Below, one piece after another: positions 19,253-28,486 of a DNA stretch of 64,000 nucleotides. The stretch lies in the NCBI GenBank assembly GCA_039025315.1, contig JBCCOP010000001.1, positions 10,201 to 74,200 of the forward strand. The letters run 5' to 3'. The DNA comes from Planctomycetota bacterium (GTDB lineage: Bacteria > Planctomycetota > Phycisphaerae > Phycisphaerales > Phycisphaeraceae). The notes under the pieces were generated by a model. That model was not told where the DNA came from. It did not search any database and saw nothing but the letters and a program-made list of their open reading frames with translations. The position numbers were made by a program, and so were the translations under genes. Positions within the stretch are counted from its first letter, which is position 1; the number at the start of each line of letters is the position of its first letter.

Positions 19253-19325
19253 TGGGGGCGGCAGGATTCGAACCCGCGACCCTGGGATTATGAGTCCCGT
19301 GCTCTAACCACTGAGCTACGCCCCC
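19253..19325 (-). tRNA. tRNA with CAT anticodon, most likely elongator tRNA-Met (Ile2 not excluded)
   Basis: Reverse complement GGGGGCG TA GCTCAGTGGTTAGAGC A CGGGA CTCATAA TCCCA GGGTC GCGGG TTCGAAT CCTGC CGCCCCC A. Paired G1-C72 argues against initiator; lack of C4-G69/C5-G68 argues against Ile2. Confidence 0.93.
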
Positions 19326-19379
19326 AAAGTCTGTAAGTAAAGGGTTGTGGCTGATTTGGGCCGGCAGGCGGTTGTGCTG

Positions 19380-19400
19380 CTGACACGTATTCTGACACGT
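19380..19400. repeat. Tandem 9-bp direct repeat CTGACACGT, candidate integrase arm-binding sites
   Basis: CTGACACGT at 19380-19388 and 19392-19400, between the tRNA and the integrase start. Confidence 0.6.
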
Positions 19401-19421
19401 TCTGGCGGTCGGGTAGACGGC

Positions 19422-20139
19422 ATGGCGAAGGCGAAGACTACCACAGCAGGACACCCGACCAAAGGCAAGCGGAGGGCGAAACACCCCTATCTGCGGCGTC
19501 ATCCCGACTTTCCGCTCTCGACTCATACCGCAACAGGGCGGTGGTACAGGACCATCGGCTGCCGGCGGCGGTGCTTTGGCTAGCTGGACGATCCAGCGGC
19601 GGCCCTGCAGGAATACCACCGGCAGCTTAACTACCTCGAGCGGGGCGAGGCGGTGCCGCCGAAGGACCAGGAAGTGTCAGGGGTGACACTTTCGGGAGTG
19701 GTCAACCAGTGGCTCGCCAGGCAGGAGGACCGCCGCAACGCTGGCGAGATCGCCGCGGGGACGTTCGCCGACTACCTCGGCGCCGGGAAGCTGCTGGTTG
19801 ACGTAATGGGCCGGCAGACGCCGTTGAGCGAGCTGGGGCCGACCGCGTCCGCAAAGCTGCAGCGTCGCATCGACCGGCTGTATACCAATGTCCCGACGAC
19901 GGCGGTGAAGACGGTCACGATCTGCCGGATGCCGTTCCGTTGGGCCTACGAGATGGAGTGATCGACCGGCCCCGCGGTTCCGCCCCGCGTTCAAGGTGGC
20001 GAGCAAGGCCCGCAAGCGGAAACGCCGGCGGGAGCTGGGGCGGCAGACGTTCACGGCCGAGGAAATCCACGCCATCACGGAGCAGGCTGACAACCCCCAC
20101 CTTCGGGCGATGATCCTGCTGGGCATCAACAGCGGGTGA
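19422..20139 (+). pseudogene. Tyrosine integrase pseudogene (in-frame stop, frameshift, truncated in the catalytic domain)
   Basis: HPDFPLSTHTATGRWYRTIG..CFG-TAG(19581)-LDDPAAALQEY..., core-binding region to FRWAYEME, frameshift near 19960, then FTAEEIHAI...LRAMILLGINSG-stop; adjacent to a tRNA. Confidence 0.85.
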
Positions 20140-20375
20140 GTCAGCGGTCGGATTGGATTACGAACCGGTCAGCTCGGACGAGTTGGCGCGGATGGACGGC
20201 CCGGGGTTTGTCGGGCTGCCCCTTGAACATCTCGTGGTACTGCTTCTCTACGGCCGCTACCCGTTGTCCTTCGGGGTCGATATCGATGGGGAAACCGTAC
20301 TTCGAAGATTTGAGGTCGTAACTGGGCTTACTGCCCAGCCATCCTCGCGTTCAGCATGGGCCGGTCGATCAGAGT

Positions 20376-20395
20376 TTGAGCAAAAGTTTGCTCAA
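20376..20395. promoter_or_regulatory. Palindromic operator TTGAGCAAA-AG-TTTGCTCAA upstream of deoC
   Basis: Perfect 9-bp inverted repeat; near-identical copies at 26402 and 29648. Confidence 0.75.
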
Positions 20396-20455
20396 TACGT
20401 TATAACACTGTTGTGTTAGACCATTGCCCACTCACAAACATGTCTGGGATAGGCG

Positions 20456-21262
20456 ATGCCTGAAGCAGTAACCACTCCTTGCTCGGCGTCCGGGGTGGCG
20501 GCGATGCTCGATCATGCCATCCTCCACCCCACGGTCCACACCGCGTCGATGCGGCGGGAGATCGAAGCGTTGCGCCACTGGCCACTCGCGTCGTTCTGCG
20601 TCAAGCCCTCTCATGTGACCGAGGCCGTGGGGCTGGTCGAGGGGTTCGTGCCCGCGATCGGCACTGTGATTGGGTTTCCGCACGGCACGACTACCGCGGC
20701 AACCAAGGCGGCAGAGGCTTGCGAAGCCTTGGCGGCCGGGGCGGCCGAGATCGACATGGTCGTCAACGTCGGTGCGGTTTTGGGCGGGGAGTGGGACACG
20801 GTGCGGGCCGACCTCGCCGCGGTGCTTGCCGCGTGCCGAGAGAACGGCGGATTGCTGAAGGTGATCTTCGAAACCGACTACGTCACCCGGGACGACGATA
20901 AACGCCGGCTCTGCGAGCTCTGCGGCGAGCTGGGAGTGGACTTCGTCAAGACCTCGACCGGCTTCGGCTACGTCAAACGCCCCGACGGGACGGTGGGGTA
21001 CACCGGCGCGACCGCGGCCGACGTGGCGCTGATGCGGGAGGCCAGCCCGGCGTCGGTGGGGGTCAAGCCCTCGGGCGGGGTGCGGGCGCTGGATCACGTC
21101 CTGGCGTTCGCAGCCTTGGGCGCGACCCGAATGGGCACTACCAGCACGCCGGCGATCATGGATGCCGCGATCGACCGCTTCGGGCCCGGAGAACTCGATG
21201 TCTCAGCCAGCAAACCCGCCGCGACTACCCCGGGTGGTGGTGGTGGGCAGCACGAATACTGA
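20456..21262 (+). CDS. deoC: Deoxyribose-phosphate aldolase
   Basis: LDHAILHP, TVIGFPHG, GAAEIDMVVN, LKVIFET, FVKTSTGF, GVKPSGGVR, GATRMGT, C-terminal Tyr. Confidence 0.95.
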   Translation: MPEAVTTPCSASGVAAMLDHAILHPTVHTASMRREIEALRHWPLASFCVKPSHVTEAVGLVEGFVPAIGTVIGFPHGTTTAATKAAEACEALAAGAAEIDMVVNVGAVLGGEWDTVRADLAAVLAACRENGGLLKVIFETDYVTRDDDKRRLCELCGELGVDFVKTSTGFGYVKRPDGTVGYTGATAADVALMREASPASVGVKPSGGVRALDHVLAFAALGATRMGTTSTPAIMDAAIDRFGPGELDVSASKPAATTPGGGGGQHEY

Positions 21263-22151
21263 CTTCATCGTCGCCTTGCCCCGGCTGCCGGGCGTGGGCG
21301 AGACCGTCACCGACGGGACCTTCACGCAGACCTTTGGCGGCAAGGGCGCGAACCAGGCCGTCGCCGCCGCCCGCGCCGGGGCTGAGGTCACGTTCGTCAC
21401 CTGTGTCGGGCACGACGGCTTCGGCGGGCAGATGCTCGACAATTTTCAAGCCGACGGCATCGACACCGCTCATGTCATCAGGGCCGAGGGCGTCGCGTCG
21501 GGCACGGCCTTGGTCATGTTCGATACTTCGGGACACAACTACCTGGCTGTGGCCCCGGGCGCCAACTTCGAGCTCACGGCAGACGACGTCGCTGCGGCCG
21601 AGTCGGCGATCGCGGCTGCGGCGGGGGTCGTGCTGCAGATGGAGATCCCGAACGACGCCAACCGGCGGGCGTTGGAGATCGCCCAATGCCACGGCGTGAC
21701 GGTCCTGCTGAACTACGCCCCAGCGGTGGGCGACCCGCTGGGGCTGACCCGCGAAGCGGACGTGCTGGTGGTCAACGAGGTCGAGGCGGCGGCGCTGCTC
21801 GACGACGGAGTCGTCGGGCCGGGCGAGGCATCAGACGCAGCGGAGGCGCTGCGGGACCGCGGCCCGGGCTGGGCGGTGGTGACGCTGGGCGAAGCGGGCT
21901 ATGCGGCGGCCGGGCCGGGCGGGGCGTCGCTGCGCGAGGACGGGCTGACGGTCGATGCGGTGGATACCACCGCGGTGGGCGACACGTTCTGCGGGACACT
22001 CGCGGCACGGCTGGCCAGGGGTGACGCGATGCCCGATGCGTTGCGTTACGCGAATGTGGCCGGGGCGTTGGCCACGACGGTCGCGGGGGCCCAGCCCTCG
22101 ATCCCGCGGGCCGCGGACATCGCCCGCCGACTGACGGACGCGGTGTCGTGA
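21198..22151 (+). CDS. rbsK: Ribokinase (PfkB family; deoxyribokinase activity possible)
   Basis: VVVVGSTNTD, GGKGANQAVAAAR, VNEVEA, VVTLGEAG, DTTAVGDTF, GAQPSIP; ATG 21198 after GGAGA. Confidence 0.92.
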   Translation: MSQPANPPRLPRVVVVGSTNTDFIVALPRLPGVGETVTDGTFTQTFGGKGANQAVAAARAGAEVTFVTCVGHDGFGGQMLDNFQADGIDTAHVIRAEGVASGTALVMFDTSGHNYLAVAPGANFELTADDVAAAESAIAAAAGVVLQMEIPNDANRRALEIAQCHGVTVLLNYAPAVGDPLGLTREADVLVVNEVEAAALLDDGVVGPGEASDAAEALRDRGPGWAVVTLGEAGYAAAGPGGASLREDGLTVDAVDTTAVGDTFCGTLAARLARGDAMPDALRYANVAGALATTVAGAQPSIPRAADIARRLTDAVS

Positions 22152-23845
22152 ACGGTGACGAGGTTATGGTGCCGACGCGGGTCACGGGTCTGCTCACCAG
22201 CCAGGTCGGCTACGAGAACGACGGCCCCAAGCGGGCGCTTCGGCGGTCGACGTCGCGGGATGCACAGTTCGACGGCGCGGCCTGGCAGGTTCACCGCGAA
22301 GTGGGTGGTGCGGGTGGGGCGGCGGTGGCCGAGGGCCGGCTGCAGTACTGGGGCGAATGCTGGGGCAGCCACTGGTGGGTCGCGGAGTTTGGTGTGTTGA
22401 CGGAAGCGGGGAGTTTCCGTTTGACAATCGAGGGCGAGCCCGCGAGCGATGTCTTTGAGATCGGGAGCGACCTGCTTTGGCAGCGTTGCTTCCGTTGGAC
22501 GGCGTTGAGCCAGCTCGAACGCCGACGCGAGCTCACCGAGCGCAAGCTGGGGTGGATGGATGCGGGGGGCACGTGGACCGAGTCGAACGCGCAGAGCGTG
22601 ATGGTGATCGCACTGCTGGAGTTGCTCGAAGACGCGCCCGATGGGTTCGACGACGACACCCGCCGACGGCTGGGCGAGCAGGTCGACAACGGGCTGGGTT
22701 ACCTCGCGCTGTGTCAAGACACCGCCGCGGAGCGGGGCGAAGACGACGGGGCGTTGTGCCATATGGTCACCCGGAAGATGCCGGACTACGTCGATCGCTG
22801 CATCGCGCCGGACGCGGCGAAGGCGGCGGTGGCCTGGGCGATGGCCGCACGGGTGCGGGGCGATCGAGACGATGCGCTGAGCCGGGCGGAGCGGGCGCTG
22901 CGTTGGTGTCTCTCGGTAGAGCCCGAAGGGCGGCTGGGGTTTAATCATCATCAGCGCGGGCTGCCGGCGAGCTACGAGCCGCCCGCGGGGCAGTGGCCGA
23001 CGCGGGAGCTGCTGATGCGGGCCTGGGCGTGCGTGGAGCTGGCGGGCGCGGGCTTGCCGGGTTACGCCGAGCAAGCGAGCGGGCTGATCGACGCGGCGCT
23101 GGCGCGTCAGGCCGAGGCGTCCGAGGCGATCGACGGGCTACATGGGTTCTTCTTCGAGTTTGAGGACCGCCACCACGCCGAGCCGTCGTGGGCCCACCAG
23201 ATCGTCGACGGCGTGATCGGCATCGACGCAGGGGCGACCTACCCGCAGTGGGTCGGGCCGATCGTGCGGTTCGTGAAGGCTTGGCCCGACCACCCGAGGA
23301 CGCCGGCGTACCGCAACGCCTTGCGCCGCTACACGCTCGGTTACCTCAAGCCGGCGTGCGAACGCAACCCCTTCGGCCTCGCCCCGCAGCTGCTGCACCG
23401 CACCCACGGCCTGCTGAACTTCGTCGGGCCCTGGCACGGCATGAACTGCATCTACGGCCTCACCGCCCGGCTGCTGGTCGAGCTCGACGACCTGCTCAAC
23501 ATCGACGGCCTACGCGGCTTGGCGATGGGCAACCTGCAGTGGATAGCGGGGCTCAACGCCGGGCTGACCCCGGAAGGGCTGGCGGGGTGCTTCTTGTCGA
23601 GCCCGGACACAGTGCCGGGGGTGGCGCTGCCGGTGAGCATGATCCACGGCGTGGGCCGGCGGTGGGCGGGGGGCTGGACGACGATCCGCGGGTCGGTGTG
23701 CAACGGGTTCGCAGTGGGGCGGCAGTTCCACTTCGACGTGCCGATCGACGCGGCGGTTGACGGGCCGCACCAGTTCACGGACGAGGACTGGCTGCCCCAC
23801 GCCGCGGCGTTCCTGACCGGGCTCTCGCGGTGGCGGGCGGGGTGA
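22148..23845 (+). CDS. GH9-like (alpha/alpha)6 protein with N-terminal Ig-like domain, no signal peptide
   Basis: SQVGY..GPKRA Ig-domain start, GWMDAGG, LQWIAGLN, SMIHGVG, C-terminal TDEDWL. Confidence 0.7.
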   Translation: MNGDEVMVPTRVTGLLTSQVGYENDGPKRALRRSTSRDAQFDGAAWQVHREVGGAGGAAVAEGRLQYWGECWGSHWWVAEFGVLTEAGSFRLTIEGEPASDVFEIGSDLLWQRCFRWTALSQLERRRELTERKLGWMDAGGTWTESNAQSVMVIALLELLEDAPDGFDDDTRRRLGEQVDNGLGYLALCQDTAAERGEDDGALCHMVTRKMPDYVDRCIAPDAAKAAVAWAMAARVRGDRDDALSRAERALRWCLSVEPEGRLGFNHHQRGLPASYEPPAGQWPTRELLMRAWACVELAGAGLPGYAEQASGLIDAALARQAEASEAIDGLHGFFFEFEDRHHAEPSWAHQIVDGVIGIDAGATYPQWVGPIVRFVKAWPDHPRTPAYRNALRRYTLGYLKPACERNPFGLAPQLLHRTHGLLNFVGPWHGMNCIYGLTARLLVELDDLLNIDGLRGLAMGNLQWIAGLNAGLTPEGLAGCFLSSPDTVPGVALPVSMIHGVGRRWAGGWTTIRGSVCNGFAVGRQFHFDVPIDAAVDGPHQFTDEDWLPHAAAFLTGLSRWRAG

Positions 23846-23858
23846 AACGACACGGCGG

Positions 23859-25514
23859 TCAGTTGCCGGTCTCGGTCGCGCCGGCGGCGTCGATGTCGGC
23901 GGTGTCGACCACCTGCCCCGCCTCGTCGAGGAGCGACCGCAGCTCGTCGTACGGCACGTCCTGCACGGCGTTGTTACCCCGGACCGCCAGAGCCGCGGCG
24001 CAGGCGACGGTCTCGCCGAGGACCATGAACACCGGCTCCATGCGGGCCGAGCCGTAGGCGATGTGCGAGGCCGAGAAGCACACGGGCACGAGCAGGTTCT
24101 CGGCCCGGCCGCGCTTGGGGATCAGCGTGCGGTACCCGATCGGGTAGGGGTCGGTCGGTGGGACCTGGACGTCGCCCTCGTTCATGACCACGGGCTTGCC
24201 GTCGACCTCGGCGACGAAGCGGCAGCAGTGGTGGGAGTCCATGGCGTAGGCACCGATGCCGACGGGGTCGGCGACGCGGGTGCGGCCGTGGCAGTCGTGC
24301 TCGGTGATGACGGCGTCGCCGATGAGCCGGCGGGATTCGCGAACGTAGAGCTGGTGGGGCCAGTTGCCGGTGTCGGCGAACTCGTCGCGGGCCAGTCCCC
24401 AGCGTCGGTAGGCGGTGTGCCACTTATCGTCGAGCGCGGGGTCGTGGGCGAAGAAGTGCAGCAGGCCGCGCTGGTAGCGGACGTGGGCCTGGAACAGGGC
24501 TTCGCGGAGGGCGTAGTCGGCGGTGGGCCAGGCGTGGTTGGCGCCGATGAAGTCGCTGCCCACCGCCCCGAAGTTGTTGGTGTCGACCTTCTTGAACCCG
24601 CCGGGGGTGCGTTTCTTGAGCGTGTCGAACTTACGGGGCTGGGTGGTGGGCTCGCCGGTCTTCCAGACGCGGAGCGGGTCGCTGTCCATCTCCATGGCCA
24701 CGGGCTGGGTGCACCATCGGCGGGGCAGCTCGTAGTCGGCGGGGTCGTAGCCGTCGGGGGCGTCCCAGTCGAGCTTGAGCTCGGGGTCTTCGGTGGTGCA
24801 GAGGCGGAAGCAGTAGGCCTGGACCTTGTGGTCGCCGCGGCCGGTGTGGTGACGCCAGTTGGTGGCCTCGATGCCGGGCAGCAGGCCGGAGGACGGGTCG
24901 TTTTCGGTGACGAAGGGGCTGACGACGGCGGGTCGGAACTGGTGGTCGTCGGGGACCTGCACGCCGTTGAGCGTTTCGTCGTAGCGGGCGTTGGGCTCAC
25001 GGCCGATGATGTGATCGACGCCGGCGGCGGCGAGCAGGTCGCCCTCGTAGCTGGCGTCGATGAACATGCGGGCGCGGACGGTGAGCCCGCCGAGGCAACG
25101 GAGGGCGGTGAGGTGCTGCCCGTCCATGTCGACGCGGTCGAGGTAGGCGGCGCGGCGGACGACGAAGCCGGCCTCGTCAACCATCTCGTCGATAACGGCC
25201 CGGGCGTCGGAGGGCCAGAAGTTCCAGCAGGCCTCGAGCCCGTCGCGCTGCCCGAGCCGGCGGTAGAAAGAACCGGCGAGGCCGCCGACGGCGGTCTTGT
25301 TGCCGAAGTCGGTCAGGCTCAGCCCGCCGGTGGTCATGCCGCCGAGGTGCCGGCCGGGCTGGAGCAGGACGGTGTCGAGCCCGAGCCGGGTCGCTTTGAC
25401 GGCAGCGACGACGCCCGCGGCGGTGCCGCCGTAGACGCAGAGGTCGGCGTGAAGGGTTTCGTCGGTGCGTGCAATCCAGTCGGGTCGGAAGTAGTGCGGG
25501 CCGGGGGTGGTCAT
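23859..25514 (-). CDS. FAD-dependent oxidoreductase (PF12831-like; often labelled xanthan lyase)
   Basis: VYGGTAAGVVAA, LGGMTTGGL, FIDASYEGDL, LYVRESRR, SASHIAYGSARMEPVFM. Confidence 0.88.
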   Translation of the reverse strand: MTTPGPHYFRPDWIARTDETLHADLCVYGGTAAGVVAAVKATRLGLDTVLLQPGRHLGGMTTGGLSLTDFGNKTAVGGLAGSFYRRLGQRDGLEACWNFWPSDARAVIDEMVDEAGFVVRRAAYLDRVDMDGQHLTALRCLGGLTVRARMFIDASYEGDLLAAAGVDHIIGREPNARYDETLNGVQVPDDHQFRPAVVSPFVTENDPSSGLLPGIEATNWRHHTGRGDHKVQAYCFRLCTTEDPELKLDWDAPDGYDPADYELPRRWCTQPVAMEMDSDPLRVWKTGEPTTQPRKFDTLKKRTPGGFKKVDTNNFGAVGSDFIGANHAWPTADYALREALFQAHVRYQRGLLHFFAHDPALDDKWHTAYRRWGLARDEFADTGNWPHQLYVRESRRLIGDAVITEHDCHGRTRVADPVGIGAYAMDSHHCCRFVAEVDGKPVVMNEGDVQVPPTDPYPIGYRTLIPKRGRAENLLVPVCFSASHIAYGSARMEPVFMVLGETVACAAALAVRGNNAVQDVPYDELRSLLDEAGQVVDTADIDAAGATETGN

Positions 25515-25630
25515 GGGGTGAGAGCGATCCGAAAAGCGGGGGTAAAGAAAAGACCGGAACGTGTCCGGCCTAGGTGGAGGTTCACGATGGAAAGTCGCAA
25601 ATAAGTTCGGTTGGTCGTATCGCTACCCGA

Positions 25631-26314
25631 TCAGCCCCGACGGTGGCGACGCACGACCAGGAGGCCTAGCCCCGTGGCGGCGAGCACGAGCGACGCCGGC
25701 TCGGGGACGATCGCGCTGTTGGTCAGGGCGTCGAGTTGACTGGACGAGAGCGAGTCTGGGCTCAGAACGATGCGGTCGATCAGGTAGCCGGGCTCACGGA
25801 ACTGGAAGGTGAAGGTGACGGTGCTGCCGTTGCCGAAGGTCGAGGCCTCGACGGCGTCGAAAGCCGTCCGCCAGGTGATGTTGTTGAAACCCGAGCCGTT
25901 GTCGAATTCGGATACATCGGCGCTGCCAGAGGGGAGATTGAAGTCGTCGGGGCTGAAGAAGCTGTTGTGACCGCCGCTGCCGCCGACGCCGTCGGAGTCG
26001 GTCGCGCCGCCGAGGACGAAGAGGTTCCAGTCGTCGACCGCGGGGGCGTTGGTGATCTCGAGGGTCCAGGTGATCGAGGCGATGTTGCCGGCCCCCGCGG
26101 ATCCCGCCGGGCCGGTGGCGACGACCGAGTCGGTATCCACCGACCACGAGCGCGGGCCGTCGACGCCGATCACGGGGTCTCCGGACTCGGCTTCCCAAGC
26201 GATGTAGTTCTGGCCGACGTCCTGCTGAATGACCAACGCGGCGTGGGCGTTGAAGGCGAGCGGGAAAGTCGCGGCGGCAGCATAAGCGGTGAGGCCAAAG
26301 CGGGTCGGATTCAT
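25631..26314 (-). CDS. PEP-CTERM sorting domain protein
   Basis: Signal peptide AHA-A; C-terminal VPEPASLVLAATGLGLLVVRRHRRG; AGGAGG RBS. Confidence 0.92.
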   Translation of the reverse strand: MNPTRFGLTAYAAAATFPLAFNAHAALVIQQDVGQNYIAWEAESGDPVIGVDGPRSWSVDTDSVVATGPAGSAGAGNIASITWTLEITNAPAVDDWNLFVLGGATDSDGVGGSGGHNSFFSPDDFNLPSGSADVSEFDNGSGFNNITWRTAFDAVEASTFGNGSTVTFTFQFREPGYLIDRIVLSPDSLSSSQLDALTNSAIVPEPASLVLAATGLGLLVVRRHRRG

Positions 26315-26401
26315 GAGAGGTCCTCCTGAGAAGTTAAGACGCGAAGAGTCGACCTTGAGGGGGTCGGGACGAGGGCGGGCCCGAGGGGCCGGAGCCGGGC
26401 G

Positions 26402-26419
26402 TGAGCAAAAGCTTGCTCA
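26402..26419. promoter_or_regulatory. Operator copy TGAGCAAAAGCTTGCTCA
   Basis: 17/18 identical to 20377-20394; lies in a divergent intergenic region. Confidence 0.75.
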
Positions 26420-26485
26420 TCGACGCAACAAACATCTCACGTCGCGGCCGAGAGTTTGGCAAAAACGCGCAAGATTATTTAGTCT

Positions 26486-27613
26486 ATGCGCATGGCCCGC
26501 GACCCCATGATCGTCCATGTCCGCACGTCGCAGCCTTTCGGGAGCTGGTCGCGGTTTCTGCGGGGTGTCGGTCGCTTCGCGTTGGAGCACGGGCGTTGGA
26601 GCCTGCGGGTCGGGTCGGTTCCCGGGGCGGCCGAGGGCGCGGCCGAGCTCGCCGGGGCGGCGGGGTTGATCACGTGGGACGCGGGGCTGTACGCCCGGGC
26701 CCAGGCGATCGGCCTGCCCGCGGTGGCGGCTTACAACGTCGAGTTCGACGCGCCACGGGTGGCGCTCAACGATGCTCGGGTGGGGGCCACGGCGGCCGAG
26801 TACCTGCTGAGGCTGGGGCACCGACGCCTGACGATGTGGGGCGTCGATCGGGTGTGGGCGCGGCGGCGGTGGGAGGGGTTCGACCGGGCGGCGCGGGCGC
26901 GGGGCGTGCGGCCGGACCGGATCGACGCCGCCTGGTCGGGGGGCGAAGATCAGCTGTCGGACCGGCTCGCGGCGCTGCCCGCGCCGACGGGGTTGTTCGC
27001 GGCCAACGACGGCCAGGCCCGCCGGGCGATACGCCTGCTGCACGGCCTGGGGCGGCGGGTGCCCGAAGACGTCGCGGTCCTGGGCGTGGACAACAACCCC
27101 GTCGACTGCGAGTTCCATCAGCCGGGCATCTCCAGCGTCGATACCGACCCCGAGCGGGCCGGGTACGAGACCGCGAGTCTGCTCGAAGCGATGATCAACG
27201 GCCGGCCGATCGGTCGCCCCTTGGTGGTCCCGCCGCGGCGGGTGGTCGAGCGCGACTCGACGCGTTACCTGGGGTTCGACGACCCGCTGCTGAGCGAGGC
27301 GGTCGCCTGGCTACGGGCGCACGCGTTCGAGCCGGTGCGGGTGGCCGACGTGCTGAACGTGGTGCCGCTGTCGCGTCGGCGGTTGGAGCAGCTGTTTCGG
27401 GAACAGCTGGGGCACAGCCCGGGCGAGGAGGTCCGCCGGGTGCGGATGGCCCGGGCGCGGACGCTCCTGATCGAGAGCCGCGTCGAGCTGATCGACGTGG
27501 CGGTGCGGTGCGGGTTCGCGTCGCTGTCTTCCTTCTCGCAGACCTTTAAGCGGGAGCACGGGGTCTCGCCCGGCCGGTACCGCAAGGCGCACGCGTCGCC
27601 GATCGCGGGGTAA
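26486..27613 (+). CDS. XylR-type regulator (periplasmic-binding-protein-like sensor + AraC HTH)
   Basis: PTGLFAAND, RVPEDVAVLGVDN, VVERDST, SRRRLEQLFR, VAVRCGFAS.SSFSQTFKR..GVSPGRYR. Confidence 0.92.
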   Translation: MRMARDPMIVHVRTSQPFGSWSRFLRGVGRFALEHGRWSLRVGSVPGAAEGAAELAGAAGLITWDAGLYARAQAIGLPAVAAYNVEFDAPRVALNDARVGATAAEYLLRLGHRRLTMWGVDRVWARRRWEGFDRAARARGVRPDRIDAAWSGGEDQLSDRLAALPAPTGLFAANDGQARRAIRLLHGLGRRVPEDVAVLGVDNNPVDCEFHQPGISSVDTDPERAGYETASLLEAMINGRPIGRPLVVPPRRVVERDSTRYLGFDDPLLSEAVAWLRAHAFEPVRVADVLNVVPLSRRRLEQLFREQLGHSPGEEVRRVRMARARTLLIESRVELIDVAVRCGFASLSSFSQTFKREHGVSPGRYRKAHASPIAG

Positions 27614-27667
27614 AACGAGTGAAACGGGACGCTGCGCGTCGCCCGCCACACGGTTCGGTTGCGTCTC

Positions 27668-28459
27668 TCAGGCGCGGGTGAGGGCGGCGTCGACGCCGAC
27701 CTTGCTGAGGCGGGCGGACTCGAGTGGCGGGAGCTTGGGGCTGTCGCGTTCGACCACGGTCCAGCCCGTGTAATCGACGGTGTCGAGAGCGGCGAAGAAG
27801 GCGGGGAAATCGAGCCCGGCGGAGCCCCGCCCGATCTCCCGGAAGACCTCGGCGTCCGGGTCCCAGTCCTTGAGGTGGACGTGGGTGGTGCGGTCGGCGT
27901 GACGGTGCAGCAGGGCGATCGGATCGGTGCCGGCGGCAACGAGATGGCCGGTGTCGAGGCAGAGGTCGACGTCGGGGGCGTGCTCGAGCAGGCGGTCGAG
28001 CTCGGCGTCGGTCTCGACGATGGACTTGAGGTGGGGGTGGAAGGCGAGTCGGCAGCCGTGGTCGGCGGCGAGGCGGGCGTGGTGGTCGAGGCTTTGGGCG
28101 AAGCCGGCGTATTCTCGGTCGAAGGCGACGCGGCGCTTCTGGGCGTTGAACCCGCCGCAGGCGACGAGGACCGAGACGCCGAGCGCTTCGGCCAACACGC
28201 AGGATGCGGCGAACGACTGGGGGTTGGCCCAATCCAGCAGTAGCGGCACCTCGACACCCAGAGCCGGTAACGAAAGGCCGTACGTCCCGAGGGTATCGCG
28301 GACTTCTTCGGCCGAGCCGATCAGCTCCGGCTGGGCGGGCAGCTCAACGCCAACGTAGCCCGCCTCGGCCGCTTCGGCCGCGAGCCGGGGCAGGTCGAAG
28401 CCGGTGTCGGCCTGACGGAAGGCGTGCATCCAGGCGTTGGCGTGGTGGGCGAGGCGCAT
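27668..28459 (-). CDS. Sugar phosphate isomerase/epimerase (IolE-like TIM barrel)
   Basis: GYVGVE, AFHPH, LCLDTGH, HVHLKD, FREIGRG, WTVVERD. Confidence 0.88.
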   Translation of the reverse strand: MRLAHHANAWMHAFRQADTGFDLPRLAAEAAEAGYVGVELPAQPELIGSAEEVRDTLGTYGLSLPALGVEVPLLLDWANPQSFAASCVLAEALGVSVLVACGGFNAQKRRVAFDREYAGFAQSLDHHARLAADHGCRLAFHPHLKSIVETDAELDRLLEHAPDVDLCLDTGHLVAAGTDPIALLHRHADRTTHVHLKDWDPDAEVFREIGRGSAGLDFPAFFAALDTVDYTGWTVVERDSPKLPPLESARLSKVGVDAALTRA

Positions 28460-28486
28460 GGGCGGCGGCTCCTGGGCGCGGGACGA

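Noticed and set aside
19253-19325. Initiator tRNA-fMet
   Set aside because: G1-C72 is paired and the anticodon stem has A31, not G29-G30-G31.
18210-19619. Full-length 469-aa SppA ORF, and the mlaE extension from 16030
   Set aside because: The extensions run through tRNA genes; downstream ATGs give sensible N-termini.
20140-20419. ORF 20153..20419, or a minus-strand ~70-codon fragment (YDLKSSKYGFPIDIDPEG...QSDR)
   Set aside because: No recognisable motif or good start; the plus ORF overlaps the operator. Probably debris next to the dead integrase.
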